Shown one piece after another: positions 17,500 to 28,389 of a stretch of DNA of 64,000 bases; positions within the stretch are counted from its first letter, which is position 1; each line of letters opens with the position of its first letter. The position numbers were made by a program, and so were the translations under genes. The DNA is from Candidatus Desulfatibia vada. GTDB taxonomy: Bacteria; Desulfobacterota; Desulfobacteria; Desulfobacterales; UBA11574. The stretch lies in NCBI GenBank assembly GCA_014383215.1, contig JACNIG010000247.1, positions 4,786-68,785 of the forward strand, in the 5' to 3' direction. The notes below the pieces were generated by a model. The model saw only the letters and a list, made by a program, of their open reading frames with translations. It ran no database searches and was not told the origin of the DNA.

Positions 17500-18366
17500 T
17501 TAAGGCTTTAACCTTTTTAATTTTTGTTTTGCGATCTTGGCTTCATTCGATTCTGGATATTTTTTTACCAGTTCCGTTAGAATCAGACGGGTGTTAGCTT
17601 GGTCGCCAAGGCTGGAAAAGGCAAAACCCTGCTTGAGGAGAGAGGCCGGAACTTTATTTCCTTTTGGATATTTTTCTATGACCTTCTGGTATTCTAATAT
17701 GGCTTTTTCATACCACTTTTCACGATAATAGGTTTCCCCAAGCCAAAATTGAGCATTATCAGCCTGGGGTGATTGCGGATATAATTGCAGCAACTGTTGA
17801 AACTCTTCCCGGGCTGTTTCAAAATCACTTTGAGCAAAAGCCTGCTTGGCCGACTTGTAAATTTTGCCTGCTGAAAGTTCTTCTTTAGAAGGAATGTCTG
17901 ATGTTGTCTGGGGCTCTTTTTCAAGTTTTAATTCAGATTTTGTTGTTTCAAGATTAAGGTACAGTTCTATATGTACAATCCGATCCATATTTGCGCTTAT
18001 CATCTGCTCAATTCGATCCAGTTGTTTTTTTTGTTTGCCTTTTGAATCTTCAAAAGCCTTAATTTTCTGTTTGAGCAGATATTCCGTTTCTTCCAGCTTC
18101 CCCCATAATACGCGGATCTCTCCTCTGAGCTGATCAATCAATACATTTTGGCCGGCAGATCGTTCTCTTAGATCCTCCCCGTTTTTAATGTATTCATCAA
18201 TACGCGAATCAAACTGCAGACTCCGTTGTTCTGTCGCGGCGCTACGCTCCTCGACCACAGACAGGCGATTGTCAAGGGTTAGAATATCCTGCTGACCTGC
18301 ACACCCCGGCAGTATTATCATCCCTAATAAAGCAAAAACAATGATTTGAAATGCACGTTGATTCAT
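17500..18366 (-). CDS. ybgF: tol-pal system protein YbgF/CpoB
   Basis: 288 aa with a signal/lipobox, an N-terminal coiled coil and C-terminal TPR repeats (FWLGETYY..., YPKGNKVPASLLK). It is the last gene of the tol-pal cluster. Confidence 0.9.
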   Translation of the reverse strand: MNQRAFQIIVFALLGMIILPGCAGQQDILTLDNRLSVVEERSAATEQRSLQFDSRIDEYIKNGEDLRERSAGQNVLIDQLRGEIRVLWGKLEETEYLLKQKIKAFEDSKGKQKKQLDRIEQMISANMDRIVHIELYLNLETTKSELKLEKEPQTTSDIPSKEELSAGKIYKSAKQAFAQSDFETAREEFQQLLQLYPQSPQADNAQFWLGETYYREKWYEKAILEYQKVIEKYPKGNKVPASLLKQGFAFSSLGDQANTRLILTELVKKYPESNEAKIAKQKLKRLKP

Positions 18367-18392
18367 TGTATTTACACCGTCGGTGTTTTACC

Positions 18393-18422
18393 AAAAAACA
18401 GCCCGCCGTAAAAGGCGGGCTG
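18393..18422 (-). terminator. hairpin plus T-run between pal and ybgF
   Basis: On the minus strand, CAGCCCGCC-6 nt-GGCGGGCTG is followed by TTTTTT. Confidence 0.5.
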
Positions 18423-18513
18423 TTGGCTAACTGCAGACAAGCGGCAGCCTGTCAGCCGCTTGCCGATTTTCAAGACCTTTTATAAGCCATTAAGGAAATC
18501 CAGTAAAAAGGTC

Positions 18514-19077
18514 CTATTCAAGCGTGAAATGCGCCCGTCTGTTTTTTGCCCAGGATTCTTCATTGGAACCATAATCTGCCGGGCGTTCTTCGCCGTAACT
18601 GATAGTGTTAAGCCTTGACCCGTAAATACCAAGATCCATCAAATAGGATTTGGCACTGTTGGCTCGCCGATCACCCAGAGCAAGGTTGTATTCGTTGGTA
18701 CCGCGCTCATCACAGTGTCCCTCAATAGTCACTTGAGCATTTTGATTTTTCTGCAGCCATGCCGCTTTCCACCTCAAAATTTCCTGTGCCTCCGGCAGTA
18801 GATTTGATCTGTCAAATTCAAAGTGGATGTCTTCATTCAAAAACCTGTTTTGGGCAGCCATCATCTTACGTCTTGCTTCTTCCTGCAAACGTTCTTCTTC
18901 CATTCTCCGCTGCCTTTCCGTCTGTTCAGCCTCGCGGGCCTTGATGCGCGCCTCTTCCTCTGCCTGTTGTTGTAAGGCAGTTTCATCCTTGACAGTCTTT
19001 TTTGCACACGAAACCGTAAACAGCAATCCAGGGATTACAAATAACAGGGCCAAAATTATCCACAATTTTTTTCGCAT
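18514..19077 (-). CDS. pal: peptidoglycan-associated lipoprotein Pal (OmpA-like domain)
   Basis: 187 aa with the lipobox LFTVSC and the OmpA-like segment IEGHCDERGTNEYNLALGDRRA. Confidence 0.93.
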   Translation of the reverse strand: MRKKLWIILALLFVIPGLLFTVSCAKKTVKDETALQQQAEEEARIKAREAEQTERQRRMEEERLQEEARRKMMAAQNRFLNEDIHFEFDRSNLLPEAQEILRWKAAWLQKNQNAQVTIEGHCDERGTNEYNLALGDRRANSAKSYLMDLGIYGSRLNTISYGEERPADYGSNEESWAKNRRAHFTLE

Positions 19078-19105
19078 TTTTACCTCCTTTTAAAGATATA
19101 GTACC

Positions 19106-20428
19106 TTATTTATTTATAATTCTTGGTGACCATTTTGGTTCTGTCTGCTTACCCGGCAATGTAAATAACCGCCGTTGGTCAGTTCCATAAGCAGTCATAA
19201 CATAGATTCTTGAGGGTCCTTCCCGAGTTGAACCAAAGGCAATCAGGCTTCCGTCCGGAGACCACGTCGGCGATTCGTTGCCCCCTTCATTGTGTGTCAA
19301 TTGAACCGGATCATCGCCGTCAACACCTATTACCCAGATATTACTCCGACCGTTGTCCATACCCGAATACGCTATCTTGTCCCCTTTGGGAGACCAGCTT
19401 GGCTGTGTATTGTAATGCCCTATAAACGTTAATCTTTCAGCCTGGCCGGATTCTATATTTTGGATATAAATCTGAGGGGTACCCGACCTATTGGAAACAA
19501 AGGCCATTTTTTTGCCATCCGGGGACCAGGTCGGTGAAACATCAATTCCCCAAGTATATGTTAATCTTTTAATAATTTTTCCGGTTCCGGTCAACAGATA
19601 AATTTCCTGGTCGCCCGAAAATGAAAGGGTAGCAGCTAATTCAAATTTGCCCGGAACCCAGCTAGGGGTTGTATTAATGCCCTTTTTAGCAATAACAGCG
19701 CCTCGCTTTTCTTTCAAGTTTTTTATATAAAGATCCGGGTTGCCGTTGATATATGAGGTGTAAGCGATCCATTCTCTGTCCGACGACCAAGCCGGTGTAA
19801 TAGTTATGCTTTTTGTATCTGTTACTTGTCTGGAATTATAACCGTCAAAATCGCAAATGTAAACTTCCTTGTTCCCCGAACCAGTGGAAACAAAAGCGAT
19901 TTCGCTGTCAAAAAACCCTCTGTCACCGGTTAAAAAAAATATCACTTCACTGCAAAAACGGCGTACCATTTTACGCTGATCTTTAAGCCATCCCTTGTAT
20001 CTTTTGCCCACCAACAGTTTTTCTTCAAAAGTGTCGTACAGTCTAAGCTCCATTTCAACCAGATTATCAATAACCAGAATTTGGCCGGTGACTAAAAGCT
20101 CTGCACCGATACCGGTCCAGTTATGGAAGTTAACCACTGAATAGATAGTGTCGGATTGCGGGTCAACAAGAAAGGCTTCACGGTCAAGCATCTTAAAATA
20201 ACCGGTAAATTCCAAAGTCTCGGAGAGTAAATCAGATGCCTGTCGTGCTACATGTGCTGCAGTTTTGTCAGGTGACGTGTTCTTGAATACAGGCACAGCA
20301 ATTGGAATTTTTCTTAAAAAAGGATTGGTAATATCAATATAATCATACTCTGCTCGGCATACTGCCGGGGCAATAATAATGGACACGATTGTGATTAAAA
20401 AAACTGTTTTAAGGCGTAATACTGTCAT
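19106..20428 (-). CDS. tolB: Tol-Pal system beta-propeller protein TolB
   Basis: 440 aa with repeated P(A/S)WSPDG blades and a TolB N-terminal domain. Confidence 0.95.
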   Translation of the reverse strand: MTVLRLKTVFLITIVSIIIAPAVCRAEYDYIDITNPFLRKIPIAVPVFKNTSPDKTAAHVARQASDLLSETLEFTGYFKMLDREAFLVDPQSDTIYSVVNFHNWTGIGAELLVTGQILVIDNLVEMELRLYDTFEEKLLVGKRYKGWLKDQRKMVRRFCSEVIFFLTGDRGFFDSEIAFVSTGSGNKEVYICDFDGYNSRQVTDTKSITITPAWSSDREWIAYTSYINGNPDLYIKNLKEKRGAVIAKKGINTTPSWVPGKFELAATLSFSGDQEIYLLTGTGKIIKRLTYTWGIDVSPTWSPDGKKMAFVSNRSGTPQIYIQNIESGQAERLTFIGHYNTQPSWSPKGDKIAYSGMDNGRSNIWVIGVDGDDPVQLTHNEGGNESPTWSPDGSLIAFGSTREGPSRIYVMTAYGTDQRRLFTLPGKQTEPKWSPRIINK

Positions 20429-20552
20429 CAGTCACCCTATTTGGAAAGAGATCTTTGAAACGGGAAAAAGTTTTTTTGCCAATACCCCTCAAGGCCGTCA
20501 GGCCGCTCTTCAAACAATGTGCTCCTCAAGCGCAGCACTCCATCCGTACTAC

Positions 20553-21410
20553 TTACTTTACTCCCTTGGGCGTAAATCTCAAGCCGACTATCACAGACGG
20601 CTTTGTAATCCCCGGCGGATGTGGGCGTACCGGATTCGATTTGAGGACAGCCTTTTTGGCAGAATCGTCCAAATAGTTGTTCCCTGACCTTTTATCAAAC
20701 CAGATATCTTTGATCTCACCGTTGGGCATTATTTTAAACGCCAGTTTAACTTCAAGATCAGTTCGTCCACCGGCCAGCGACTCCGAAAATGCCCAGTTTT
20801 TATTAACCTGATAGGCAACTTCAATCCGGTAAATATCAATCAACTCCAACATCTTTTTACTGCCGTATTCGGAAGCACCCGGCATTGCCGGCCCCTTTCC
20901 TTGTAAGGCTTGATGCTTTTGTTTATCCAGCTCCACGGTCTTTTGGACTTTATCTTTCAAACGATCAAGCGCTTGGGTAATCTGATCGGGCCGGGCTTGT
21001 TCAACTTTCTTTTCAAGTCTTGTTATGGCACGCTTAACCATCTGCGAAGACTTGAAGGTCTCTTTTTTGAGCGACTTTTTGGTTTTATTCTTTGGCTCCA
21101 CAGAAACAGCTTTTGACGGCTCCTGATAAGCTTCTGAATCATTTTTAGGCAAAATTTTGGAAGCCTGTAACGTTTTTTGGGTTTGAAGCGGCAACTGCCT
21201 AAGCGGCGCCGGTATCTTTTCCTGGGCGGGCAATGTAACCATGCTGACATTTATCACCGAAAGCGTAGGCATTCTCTCCATTTTAAAGTCGGGGGCAAAG
21301 ATCAAAATCCCGAAAAAAACGACATGGCATATGCTTGAAAGTGAAAAAAATATCAAGAATGTACGGGAATTATTCCCTATTCCTTGATGCCAATATACTT
21401 GAGAGTGCAT
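20553..21410 (-). CDS. tolA: TolA/TonB-family cell-envelope protein
   Basis: 285 aa with an N-terminal TM, a Lys/Gln-rich linker and a TonB_C-like C-terminus. It sits between tolR and tolB. Confidence 0.8.
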   Translation of the reverse strand: MHSQVYWHQGIGNNSRTFLIFFSLSSICHVVFFGILIFAPDFKMERMPTLSVINVSMVTLPAQEKIPAPLRQLPLQTQKTLQASKILPKNDSEAYQEPSKAVSVEPKNKTKKSLKKETFKSSQMVKRAITRLEKKVEQARPDQITQALDRLKDKVQKTVELDKQKHQALQGKGPAMPGASEYGSKKMLELIDIYRIEVAYQVNKNWAFSESLAGGRTDLEVKLAFKIMPNGEIKDIWFDKRSGNNYLDDSAKKAVLKSNPVRPHPPGITKPSVIVGLRFTPKGVK

Positions 21411-21412
21411 TT

Positions 21413-21838
21413 TTACTTCTCGCCCTTATCCTCGTGGCCGAGCGGCTCGGTTATCATGCCCAGTTTTTCGACTCCAGCCCCTTTTATCTCGGACATAACA
21501 CGGACCACGACACCATATGCAATATCTTTATCCGCCCGCAGAAAAACTTCCCGATCCTCACGGCTTTCAAAAATTTTCCTCAATTTCTCCTTAAGAAAAT
21601 CAAACTCAACCTGATAGTCGTTGATATATACCTGGTTCTGCTTATTGATTGTGATGATCAGATGCTCTTTCTGGGGAATAAGCTGCTCAGATTTCGTTTC
21701 CGGCAAAGCAACGTCTACCCCCTGCATCATCATTGGCGCCGTAACCATAAAAATAATCAACAGTACCAGCATGACATCTACAAACGGTGTTACGTTGATA
21801 TCGGACATCAGGCGGTCACTGCTGCTCTCAAACGCCAT
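21413..21838 (-). CDS. tolR: biopolymer transporter TolR (ExbD family)
   Basis: 141 aa: [20 protein letters not shown]... Confidence 0.92.
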   Translation of the reverse strand: MAFESSSDRLMSDINVTPFVDVMLVLLIIFMVTAPMMMQGVDVALPETKSEQLIPQKEHLIITINKQNQVYINDYQVEFDFLKEKLRKIFESREDREVFLRADKDIAYGVVVRVMSEIKGAGVEKLGMITEPLGHEDKGEK

Positions 21839-22575
21839 TAATCACCACCCTTTCCATTTAAGATGTCCCGTTCAATAATATTTAAAAAATCGGCTGAAAA
21901 ATTTTGCAATTCAGCCTCGAACGTCCTTATTTTATGCATAAAATGATTAAAGGCGATCACCGCCGGTATTGCGGCTGCCAACCCGGCGGCAGTTGCAATA
22001 AGCGCTTCGGAAATGCCGGGAGCCACCACGGCAAGGCTGGCGGAACCTTTAAGCCCGATACCATGAAAAGAATTCATAATACCCCATACGGTCCCGAATA
22101 AACCGATAAAAGGTGTTGTATTGCCGGTTGTTGCCAGGAAAGGAACCATCTGGGTCATCTTAGTTGTTTCCTCATTTGTTGCCCGGCGCAAGGCTCGTTT
22201 TATATTATCGGTCCCGGCAAATCTTGAACTTAAAGAGGGATTTTCCGGGACCGATGATTGCGGCGGTTGCGATGTGGCCAACGCGCTGGATGAACTTAAT
22301 TTTTTAAGTTCTGCATATCCAACGCGAAAAACCCTGGCAATGGGACTCCCTCGAAGCTGCTTGGCTTTCGCAAAAGCATCGGAGAGATCCCTGCTTTTCC
22401 AGAAAAAATCCGTAAAAATTGCTGATTCTGTATATGCCCGTTTTATATACTGATATTTCATGATCATAATCGCCCATGACGTGATGGAAAAAAAGAGCAG
22501 CAGTATCAGTACAAACTGAACCATCAACCCGGCGTTCATAACAATGTTGATTAAATCCATGTCCACAGGAATCAT
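21838..22575 (-). CDS. tolQ: proton-channel protein TolQ (MotA/TolQ/ExbB family)
   Basis: 245 aa: ...[21 protein letters not shown]..., [15 protein letters not shown]. Confidence 0.93.
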   Translation of the reverse strand: MIPVDMDLINIVMNAGLMVQFVLILLLFFSITSWAIMIMKYQYIKRAYTESAIFTDFFWKSRDLSDAFAKAKQLRGSPIARVFRVGYAELKKLSSSSALATSQPPQSSVPENPSLSSRFAGTDNIKRALRRATNEETTKMTQMVPFLATTGNTTPFIGLFGTVWGIMNSFHGIGLKGSASLAVVAPGISEALIATAAGLAAAIPAVIAFNHFMHKIRTFEAELQNFSADFLNIIERDILNGKGGD

Positions 22576-22837
22576 AATAACTCCGGTTTAAGTGCAATGT
22601 ATTAATTATTTTTTTTAAACACCTGCGAGTCTAAAACATACTTCAATAACAGGTAGTTTTAAATATAAAAGCGTATATGAACCCGGATAGAGTGTCAAGG
22701 AATTTGGTTGCTCTTGACATTGCTTGTAATTATTGTTTTGTTTTATACTCAGCCTGTCGAGAAACGTAAAGAACCCTGGCCAAGAGGACCAGGCCTTGGT
22801 TTGCCCCTGAAAGGGGCTGTTTCCTGCAAATTGAACA

Positions 22838-22965
22838 AGTGCGAAGTGACTAAAGTGCGCTAAAGTGCCTAAAGTTATGGTGTCGCTCCGCTCCGCTGGT
22901 TTTATATAATTGACAGAATTCCTTAACTTTAGCTCACTTTAGTTCACTTCAAACTTTAGGCACTT
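22838..22965. repeat. word-built imperfect palindrome (CTAAAGTG words)
   Basis: The left arm is AAGTGCGAAGTGACTAAAGTGCGCTAAAGTGCCTAAAGTT. The right arm is AACTTTAGCTCACTTTAGTTCACTTCAAACTTTAGGCACTT. Confidence 0.7.
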
Positions 22966-23085
22966 TTAAGGTTTTCGGAAGAGCCAGGTATCTCTGACCC
23001 GTCCCATAGGACTAGTTTTTTCAGAACATAATAAAAACAGCTCTCGGAATATCGGGTCCAGATGGCAGGCGGAAAGGGATAATGT

Positions 23086-23640
23086 ATGAAAAACATCGCC
23101 AACCTTCTGTTTAAAGCCAAAATTTTAAAAAATATCCCCAGGTCGGGCTATCATTTTCTGGGCGTGGGAAAGGAATCAGTTGCTGAACATTCATTTGGCA
23201 CTGCCTTTATTGCTTATGTCATTTCTCAAATAGAGCCTGATGTCAATGCCTTGAGACTGATAAGTATGTGCCTGGTGCATGATCTTACCGAGGCCAAAAT
23301 CGGTGACCTGAACTATGTCCAAAAAAAATACGTAACCGCCGACGAAAACAAAGCCTTGGCAGATATAACCGCTAATCTCCCGTTTGGGTCTGATCTTGCC
23401 GATCTTATCACAGAATTTAATGAAGGCCTCTCCCTGGAAGCCAAGCTTGCGCGGGATGCGGATCATCTCGCTTTTATTTTAGAACTAAAAACTTTGGCGG
23501 ACATCGGCTACAATCCGCCAAACAAGTGGCTCCCTTTTGCGTTGAAGCGTCTGCAAACAAAAACCGGTAAAGCTCTGGCGCAAAATATCATGGAAACAAG
23601 CTGGGATGCCTGGTGGCTCGAAAATTACGTAGATAGTTAA
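23086..23640 (+). CDS. HD-domain phosphohydrolase (YfbR-like)
   Basis: 184 aa: ESVAEHSF..., LVHDLTEAKIGD, RDADHL. Confidence 0.85.
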   Translation: MKNIANLLFKAKILKNIPRSGYHFLGVGKESVAEHSFGTAFIAYVISQIEPDVNALRLISMCLVHDLTEAKIGDLNYVQKKYVTADENKALADITANLPFGSDLADLITEFNEGLSLEAKLARDADHLAFILELKTLADIGYNPPNKWLPFALKRLQTKTGKALAQNIMETSWDAWWLENYVDS

Positions 23641-23777
23641 AAGTGATATTTTCATAAAAAGTGAAGAATCTATCTGTTGTGTAATATTGCATTTTTATGT
23701 ACTAAATGTCATCGTTTTACATTTCACGTTTCACTTTTTACAAATTTATCAAAAGTAAATCCAAAATATCGGAGGAA

Positions 23778-24422
23778 ATGATGAATTGGCTGATAAACAC
23801 CCTGGGAACTTCCATCGGAAAAAAGCTGATGATGGCCATAACCGGCCTCTGTTTCTGCTGCTTTTTGATTATTCACCTTGCCGGCAATCTAACTCTATAC
23901 GGCGGCAAAGATCTTTTTAACGCTTACGCCGAGCACCTGCATTCATTGGGACCGCTTCTTACTATATCTTCATGGATCCTTTTGACCCTGGCGATCATCC
24001 ATGTATTGACAGGTGCAATACTCTTTTATCAAAATTATAGATCAAGGCCGGTCGGATATGCTGTCAAAAAAAGAGCCGGTGGCCGCAGCCTGGGGTCGGC
24101 AACCATGCCGTACACCGGTTTTGTTCTGTTTGCATTTATCATTTTTCACCTGGTCAATTTTCATTTTACGGATAAAACCAACACGACCATCTATCAAATT
24201 GTCGCCGGTGCATTTGCAGACCCGGTCTATGTTTTCATATATATTGCCGCCATGATCGTTGCGGCAATTCATGTCAGCCATGGATTCTGGAGTGCTTTTC
24301 AGACCATCGGGGCCAATCATCCCAAATACATGCCCATTATCGCAGCAGTTAGTATCGTCTTTGCCTTGATTGTCGGAATCGGCTTTGGGTTTATTCCCAT
24401 TTACTTTACGCTTATCTTGTAA
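23778..24422 (+). CDS. sdhC: succinate dehydrogenase / fumarate reductase cytochrome b subunit
   Basis: The track ORF starts at 23706; MMNWLINTLG at 23778 is more plausible. The protein has five TM helices with conserved His residues and lies upstream of sdhA and sdhB. Confidence 0.85.
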   Translation: MMNWLINTLGTSIGKKLMMAITGLCFCCFLIIHLAGNLTLYGGKDLFNAYAEHLHSLGPLLTISSWILLTLAIIHVLTGAILFYQNYRSRPVGYAVKKRAGGRSLGSATMPYTGFVLFAFIIFHLVNFHFTDKTNTTIYQIVAGAFADPVYVFIYIAAMIVAAIHVSHGFWSAFQTIGANHPKYMPIIAAVSIVFALIVGIGFGFIPIYFTLIL

Positions 24423-24462
24423 AAATGAACTTCTCAGCAAATTCAGCAATCGGGGAGTTTTT

Positions 24463-24699
24463 ATCATAAATGTGTATGAATTAGCGCAATGGATGATCAG
24501 ATTTTAAAGCGTGTGCTGTTTGAGTGTATTAAGGATCGTTAGAGAGAACAGACGTATTGTGGAAATCTATCATCGCAAGAGATCACCGGTGGGTAAACAA
24601 ACCAATAGATTTTATTGTGAAGGCCTCTGTTCTTTCTTTACAAGCCTTTATATACGAGTTCACACGGTTTAAAATATGATTATCCATTGAGCGGCTTAA
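24463..24699 (+). repeat. ~237-bp long-hairpin repeat element, copy 2, inside the sdhC-sdhA spacer
   Basis: It is in the same orientation as copies 1 and 3 with near-identical arms. The left flank CGGGGAGTTTTT resembles the left flank of copy 1. Confidence 0.85.
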
Positions 24700-24786
24700 C
24701 ATCGACTCGCCCAACAACTTATTGAGAAATAACGTATTAATTAAACAATAGTTTGCAGTTTCAGCTCTGTTGCGAAAGGAAAAAAT

Positions 24787-26700
24787 ATGAAGCTTAATGC
24801 CAACATTCCCGGGGGACCGCTTGCTGAAAAGTGGGATCGACACCGTTTCGAACTTAAACTTGTTAATCCGGCCAACAAAAAAAAGTTTAACATCATCGTC
24901 GTCGGTACAGGGCTTGCGGGCGGCAGCGCCTCTGCATCCCTTGCCGAACTGGGCTACCGGGTCAAAACTTTTTGCATTCAGGACAGCCCACGGCGCGCTC
25001 ACAGCATTGCCGCCCAGGGAGGAATTAACGCCGCTAAAAATTACACTAATGAAGGCGACAGCATCCAGCGCCTTTTTTACGACACCATTAAAGGCGGTGA
25101 TTTCAGGGCCAGGGAGGCCAATGTCTATCGCCTGGCCCAGATAAGCAACAATATTATCGATCAATGCGTTGCCCAGGGGGTCCCCTTTGCCCGTGATTAC
25201 GGAGGACTGCTTGCCAACCGCAGTTTTGGCGGATCCCAGGTATCCCGGACGTTTTACGCCCGGGGACAGACCGGCCAACAACTCCTGCTGGGTGTTTACA
25301 GCGCTTTATCAAGACAGATTGCCGCCGGAAATATAGAAATGTTTGCCCGCCGTGAAATGCTGGATCTTGTTGTTGTAAATGGTCAGGCCAGGGGCATTGT
25401 CGTCCGCAATCTGATTACCGGCCAAATCGAACGTTTTGCCGCCGATGCCGTGGTGCTGGCCACCGGGGGCTATGGCAATGTGTTCTATCTGTCCACCAAT
25501 GCCATGGCATCCAATGTCAGCGCTACCTATCGGGCTTACAAACGCGGCGCTTTTTTCGCCAATCCCTGTTTCACCCAAATTCATCCAACCTGTATTCCCG
25601 TGCACGGGACCTATCAATCCAAACTGACATTGATGAGTGAAAGCTTAAGAAACGACGGCCGGGTCTGGGTACCGAAAACTCCCGGGGACAAACGCCCGCC
25701 CGGTCAGATTCCCAAGTCTGAAAGAGATTATTACCTGGAAAATAGATACCCGAGTTTCGGCAACCTGGTCCCGCGGGATGTGGCTTCGCGCAATGCCAAG
25801 GTCCAGTGCGACATGGGAAAAGGGGTGGGTGAAACCGGCCTGGCGGTTTATTTAGACTTTGAAGATGCCATCAAAAAGGATGGAGAAGCCGTCATTGCCC
25901 AAAAATACGGCAACCTTTTTCAGATGTATGCAAAGATCACCGGCTCCAACCCTTATAAAGAGCCCATGATGATCTACCCGGCGATTCATTACGCCATGGG
26001 GGGACTGTGGGTCGACTATAATCTTATGAGCACCATTCCGGGACTCTTTGTCCTTGGTGAAGCCAATTTCTCAGACCACGGCGCCAACCGTCTAGGTGCC
26101 AGCGCTCTGATGCAGGGATTGGCAGACGGCTATTTCATCATCCCATATACCATCGGCGGTTACCTTGCCGGCACGGCCCTGCCGGAAGTTACAACCGATC
26201 ATGCGGCCTTCGAATCTGTATCCGAGGAAGTTACAAACCTCGTCAACAAGCTGCTGGCCATAAACGGCAGTCGAACCGTTGATGATTTTCAAAGACAGCT
26301 TGGCAACATTCTCTGGGAGTACTGCGGAATGTCAAGAAACGAAGAAGGACTGTTAAAAGCGCAAAAACTTATCCAAGAACTGCGCGCAGAATTCTGGCAA
26401 AACGTAATTGTTCCGGGCTCTGACAAAGATTTTAATCAGAGTCTTGAGCGGGCCGGACGAGCCGCCGATTTTCTTGAGTTTGCCGAGTTGATGGTCATCG
26501 ACGCATACAGCCGCAAGGAATCCTGCGGCTGTCACTTAAACGAAGCCTATCAAACCGAGGACAACGAAGCCTTGCGTGACGATGAAAATTACAGTTACGT
26601 TGCTGCCTGGGAGTTTGCAGGAGATGACAAAGCACCGCATCTTAACAAGGAACCGCTTAACTTTGAAAACGTCGAATTAACCCAAAGGAGTTACAAGTGA
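24787..26700 (+). CDS. sdhA: succinate dehydrogenase / fumarate reductase flavoprotein subunit
   Basis: 637 aa: [27 protein letters not shown] (FAD-binding His), HYAMGGL. Confidence 0.96.
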   Translation: MKLNANIPGGPLAEKWDRHRFELKLVNPANKKKFNIIVVGTGLAGGSASASLAELGYRVKTFCIQDSPRRAHSIAAQGGINAAKNYTNEGDSIQRLFYDTIKGGDFRAREANVYRLAQISNNIIDQCVAQGVPFARDYGGLLANRSFGGSQVSRTFYARGQTGQQLLLGVYSALSRQIAAGNIEMFARREMLDLVVVNGQARGIVVRNLITGQIERFAADAVVLATGGYGNVFYLSTNAMASNVSATYRAYKRGAFFANPCFTQIHPTCIPVHGTYQSKLTLMSESLRNDGRVWVPKTPGDKRPPGQIPKSERDYYLENRYPSFGNLVPRDVASRNAKVQCDMGKGVGETGLAVYLDFEDAIKKDGEAVIAQKYGNLFQMYAKITGSNPYKEPMMIYPAIHYAMGGLWVDYNLMSTIPGLFVLGEANFSDHGANRLGASALMQGLADGYFIIPYTIGGYLAGTALPEVTTDHAAFESVSEEVTNLVNKLLAINGSRTVDDFQRQLGNILWEYCGMSRNEEGLLKAQKLIQELRAEFWQNVIVPGSDKDFNQSLERAGRAADFLEFAELMVIDAYSRKESCGCHLNEAYQTEDNEALRDDENYSYVAAWEFAGDDKAPHLNKEPLNFENVELTQRSYK

Positions 26701-27461
26701 TAAAAACCATCAATATTACACTAAAAGTCTGGCGCCAAAAGAGTTCCGACGTAAAGGGCGGTTTTGAATCCTATCATGCCACAAATATTTCCACCGACAT
26801 GTCCTTTTTAGAGATGCTCGATGTCGTCAACGAACAGTTGACCCTTAACGGCAAAGATCCGATTGCTTTTGATCATGACTGCCGGGAAGGCATCTGCGGG
26901 ATGTGCGGAGCCGTTGCCAACGGTCGCGCCCACGGTTCTGAAAAGGGAACAACCCTGTGCCAGCTTCATATGCGGCATTTTTCGGACCGGGACACCATTG
27001 TCGTCGAACCCTGGCGGTCAAGAGCGTTCAAGCTCATTAAAGATCTGGTGGTTGATCGCAGTGCCTTTGATAAAATTATTCAGGCCGGCGGATATGTTTC
27101 CGTCAATACCGGTGCGGCACCGGAAGCCAACACCATCCCCGTGCCCCAGGAAATAGCCGAAAAAGCAATGGATGCCGCGGCCTGTATCGGTTGCGGAGCA
27201 TGTGTTGCCTCCTGCCCTAACGCTGCGGCCATGCTTTTCGTCGGCGCCAAGATATCTCAACTTGCTCTGCTCCCCCAGGGAAAACCGGAAGCAGCCCAAC
27301 GTGCATTGTCCATGGTCAGGGCCATGGATGCACTCAATTTTGGAAACTGCACCAACGAAAGAGAATGCGAAGCAGAATGTCCCAAGGAGATATCAATTAC
27401 CAATATCGCCCGCATGAACCGCGAATTTATCAAGGCGGGGTTTATCTCAGCCATTAAATAG
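26697..27461 (+). CDS. sdhB: succinate dehydrogenase / fumarate reductase iron-sulfur subunit
   Basis: 254 aa with three Cys clusters: [22 protein letters not shown] and [12 protein letters not shown]. It overlaps the sdhA stop. Confidence 0.95.
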   Translation: MIKTINITLKVWRQKSSDVKGGFESYHATNISTDMSFLEMLDVVNEQLTLNGKDPIAFDHDCREGICGMCGAVANGRAHGSEKGTTLCQLHMRHFSDRDTIVVEPWRSRAFKLIKDLVVDRSAFDKIIQAGGYVSVNTGAAPEANTIPVPQEIAEKAMDAAACIGCGACVASCPNAAAMLFVGAKISQLALLPQGKPEAAQRALSMVRAMDALNFGNCTNERECEAECPKEISITNIARMNREFIKAGFISAIK

Positions 27462-27487
27462 GAGTTGTCAAAATAGCATTCCGTTGC

Positions 27488-27682
27488 CGCCGCCGGATAA
27501 TTTCGTTTAGATCGGCAAGAACTCGCAAATAAAAGCGCGTAAAAGCGAACATGGCTATGGTTTTAAGAATATAGTGCCGTAATATGATTTTGTTCCCAAT
27601 GGAGGCACTTCGCTGATGTTCGCTTTAACGCGCTCTAAGTTGCTCAGACAGCTTCCCGACCTAAACGAAATCATCCGGCGGC
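27488..27682. repeat. ~195-bp long imperfect palindrome
   Basis: The left arm is CCGCCGGATAATTTCGTTTAGATCGGCAAGAACTCGCAAATAAAAGCGCGTAAAAGCGAACA. The right arm is TGTTCGCTTTAACGCGCTCTAAGTTGCTCAGACAGCTTCCCGACCTAAACGAAATCATCCGGCGG. Confidence 0.8.
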
Positions 27683-27763
27683 TTGCTAAAAACATGAACC
27701 CAAGTAACTCAATCGGAACATATTTATGACAACCGCTATACTTCAGCAGTAAGTAAGTATTTT

Positions 27764-27999
27764 ACATAATGATTTGTGAAGCAGCGCAATGGATGATCAG
27801 ATTTTAAAGCGTGTGCTGTTTGAGTGTATTAAGGATCGTTAGAAAGAACAGACGTATTGCCAAAATCTATCATCGCAAGAGATCACCCGCCGTTTATCCA
27901 ACCACTTAATATTATAACAATAAATTCTGTTCTTTTTTACGAGCCTTTATATACGAGTTCACACGGTTTAAAATCTGATTATCCATTGCGCGGTCTTAC
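27764..27999 (+). repeat. ~237-bp long-hairpin repeat element, copy 3
   Basis: Same family and orientation as copies 1 and 2. My base-by-base pairing of the arms shows mostly Watson-Crick pairs plus three G-U pairs when read as plus-strand RNA. Confidence 0.85.
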
Positions 28000-28013
28000 G
28001 GCGAAAATGCTCG

Positions 28014-28389
28014 ACCCCTGAATTTATTAACTCAAGTTTCGCAACCTCTATCATAAATAAATAAGAGGTCTGATTGGTATCTGCAGGCAAATGATGACTG
28101 TATTACGGAGGTCCTGTTGTTTTCGTAAAGGGCGATATGCCGGTCGGATACGAAAATGCTGCCCGTGGCCCGATATTTGGGATGGCTTCCGCGACTTCTC
28201 ATGATATATCAAAGCATTACACCATCCCAAATATCAGGCCACATCGCCATAGTGATATTCATATCGCCCTTTACGAAAATGACAGGACCGGAGTCAATCG
28301 GCGACAATGCTGCACTCTTTAAACTGTAAATAGTATCGCTGCCATCATAGTTTCGCGACTTTTTAGGGGTGCGAAACTTGAGTTATTAA
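28014..28389. repeat. nested palindrome (outer arms ~28014-28046 / 28366-28389; inner hairpin 28110-28289)
   Basis: The outer arms are TTAACTCAAGTTTCGCA and TGCGAAACTTGAGTTATTAA. The inner arms are GGTCCTGTTGTTTTCGTAAAGGGCGATATG and CATATCGCCCTTTACGAAAATGACAGGACC. Confidence 0.8.

Noticed and set aside
22690-22835. Possible sigma-70 promoter (TTGCTT-18 nt-TATACT) driving a small structured RNA (hairpins CTGGCC..., GCCCCTGAAAGGGGC) in the tolQ/HD-gene intergenic region
   Set aside because: The promoter match is weak. The hairpins are short and match no RNA family I can recall (I checked SRP, 6S and c-di-GMP motifs mentally). There is not enough evidence for a feature call, but it is worth an RNA-seq look.
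24583-25281. 232-aa minus-strand ORF
   Set aside because: It lies antisense to the strongly supported sdhA 5' region and runs through the repeat element. It has no recognisable domains, and its composition is typical of the shadow frame of a GC-rich gene.
28137-28322. 61-aa plus-strand ORF
   Set aside because: It lies wholly inside the inner hairpin of the nested palindrome. Its sequence is dictated by the inverted repeat, and it has no RBS.
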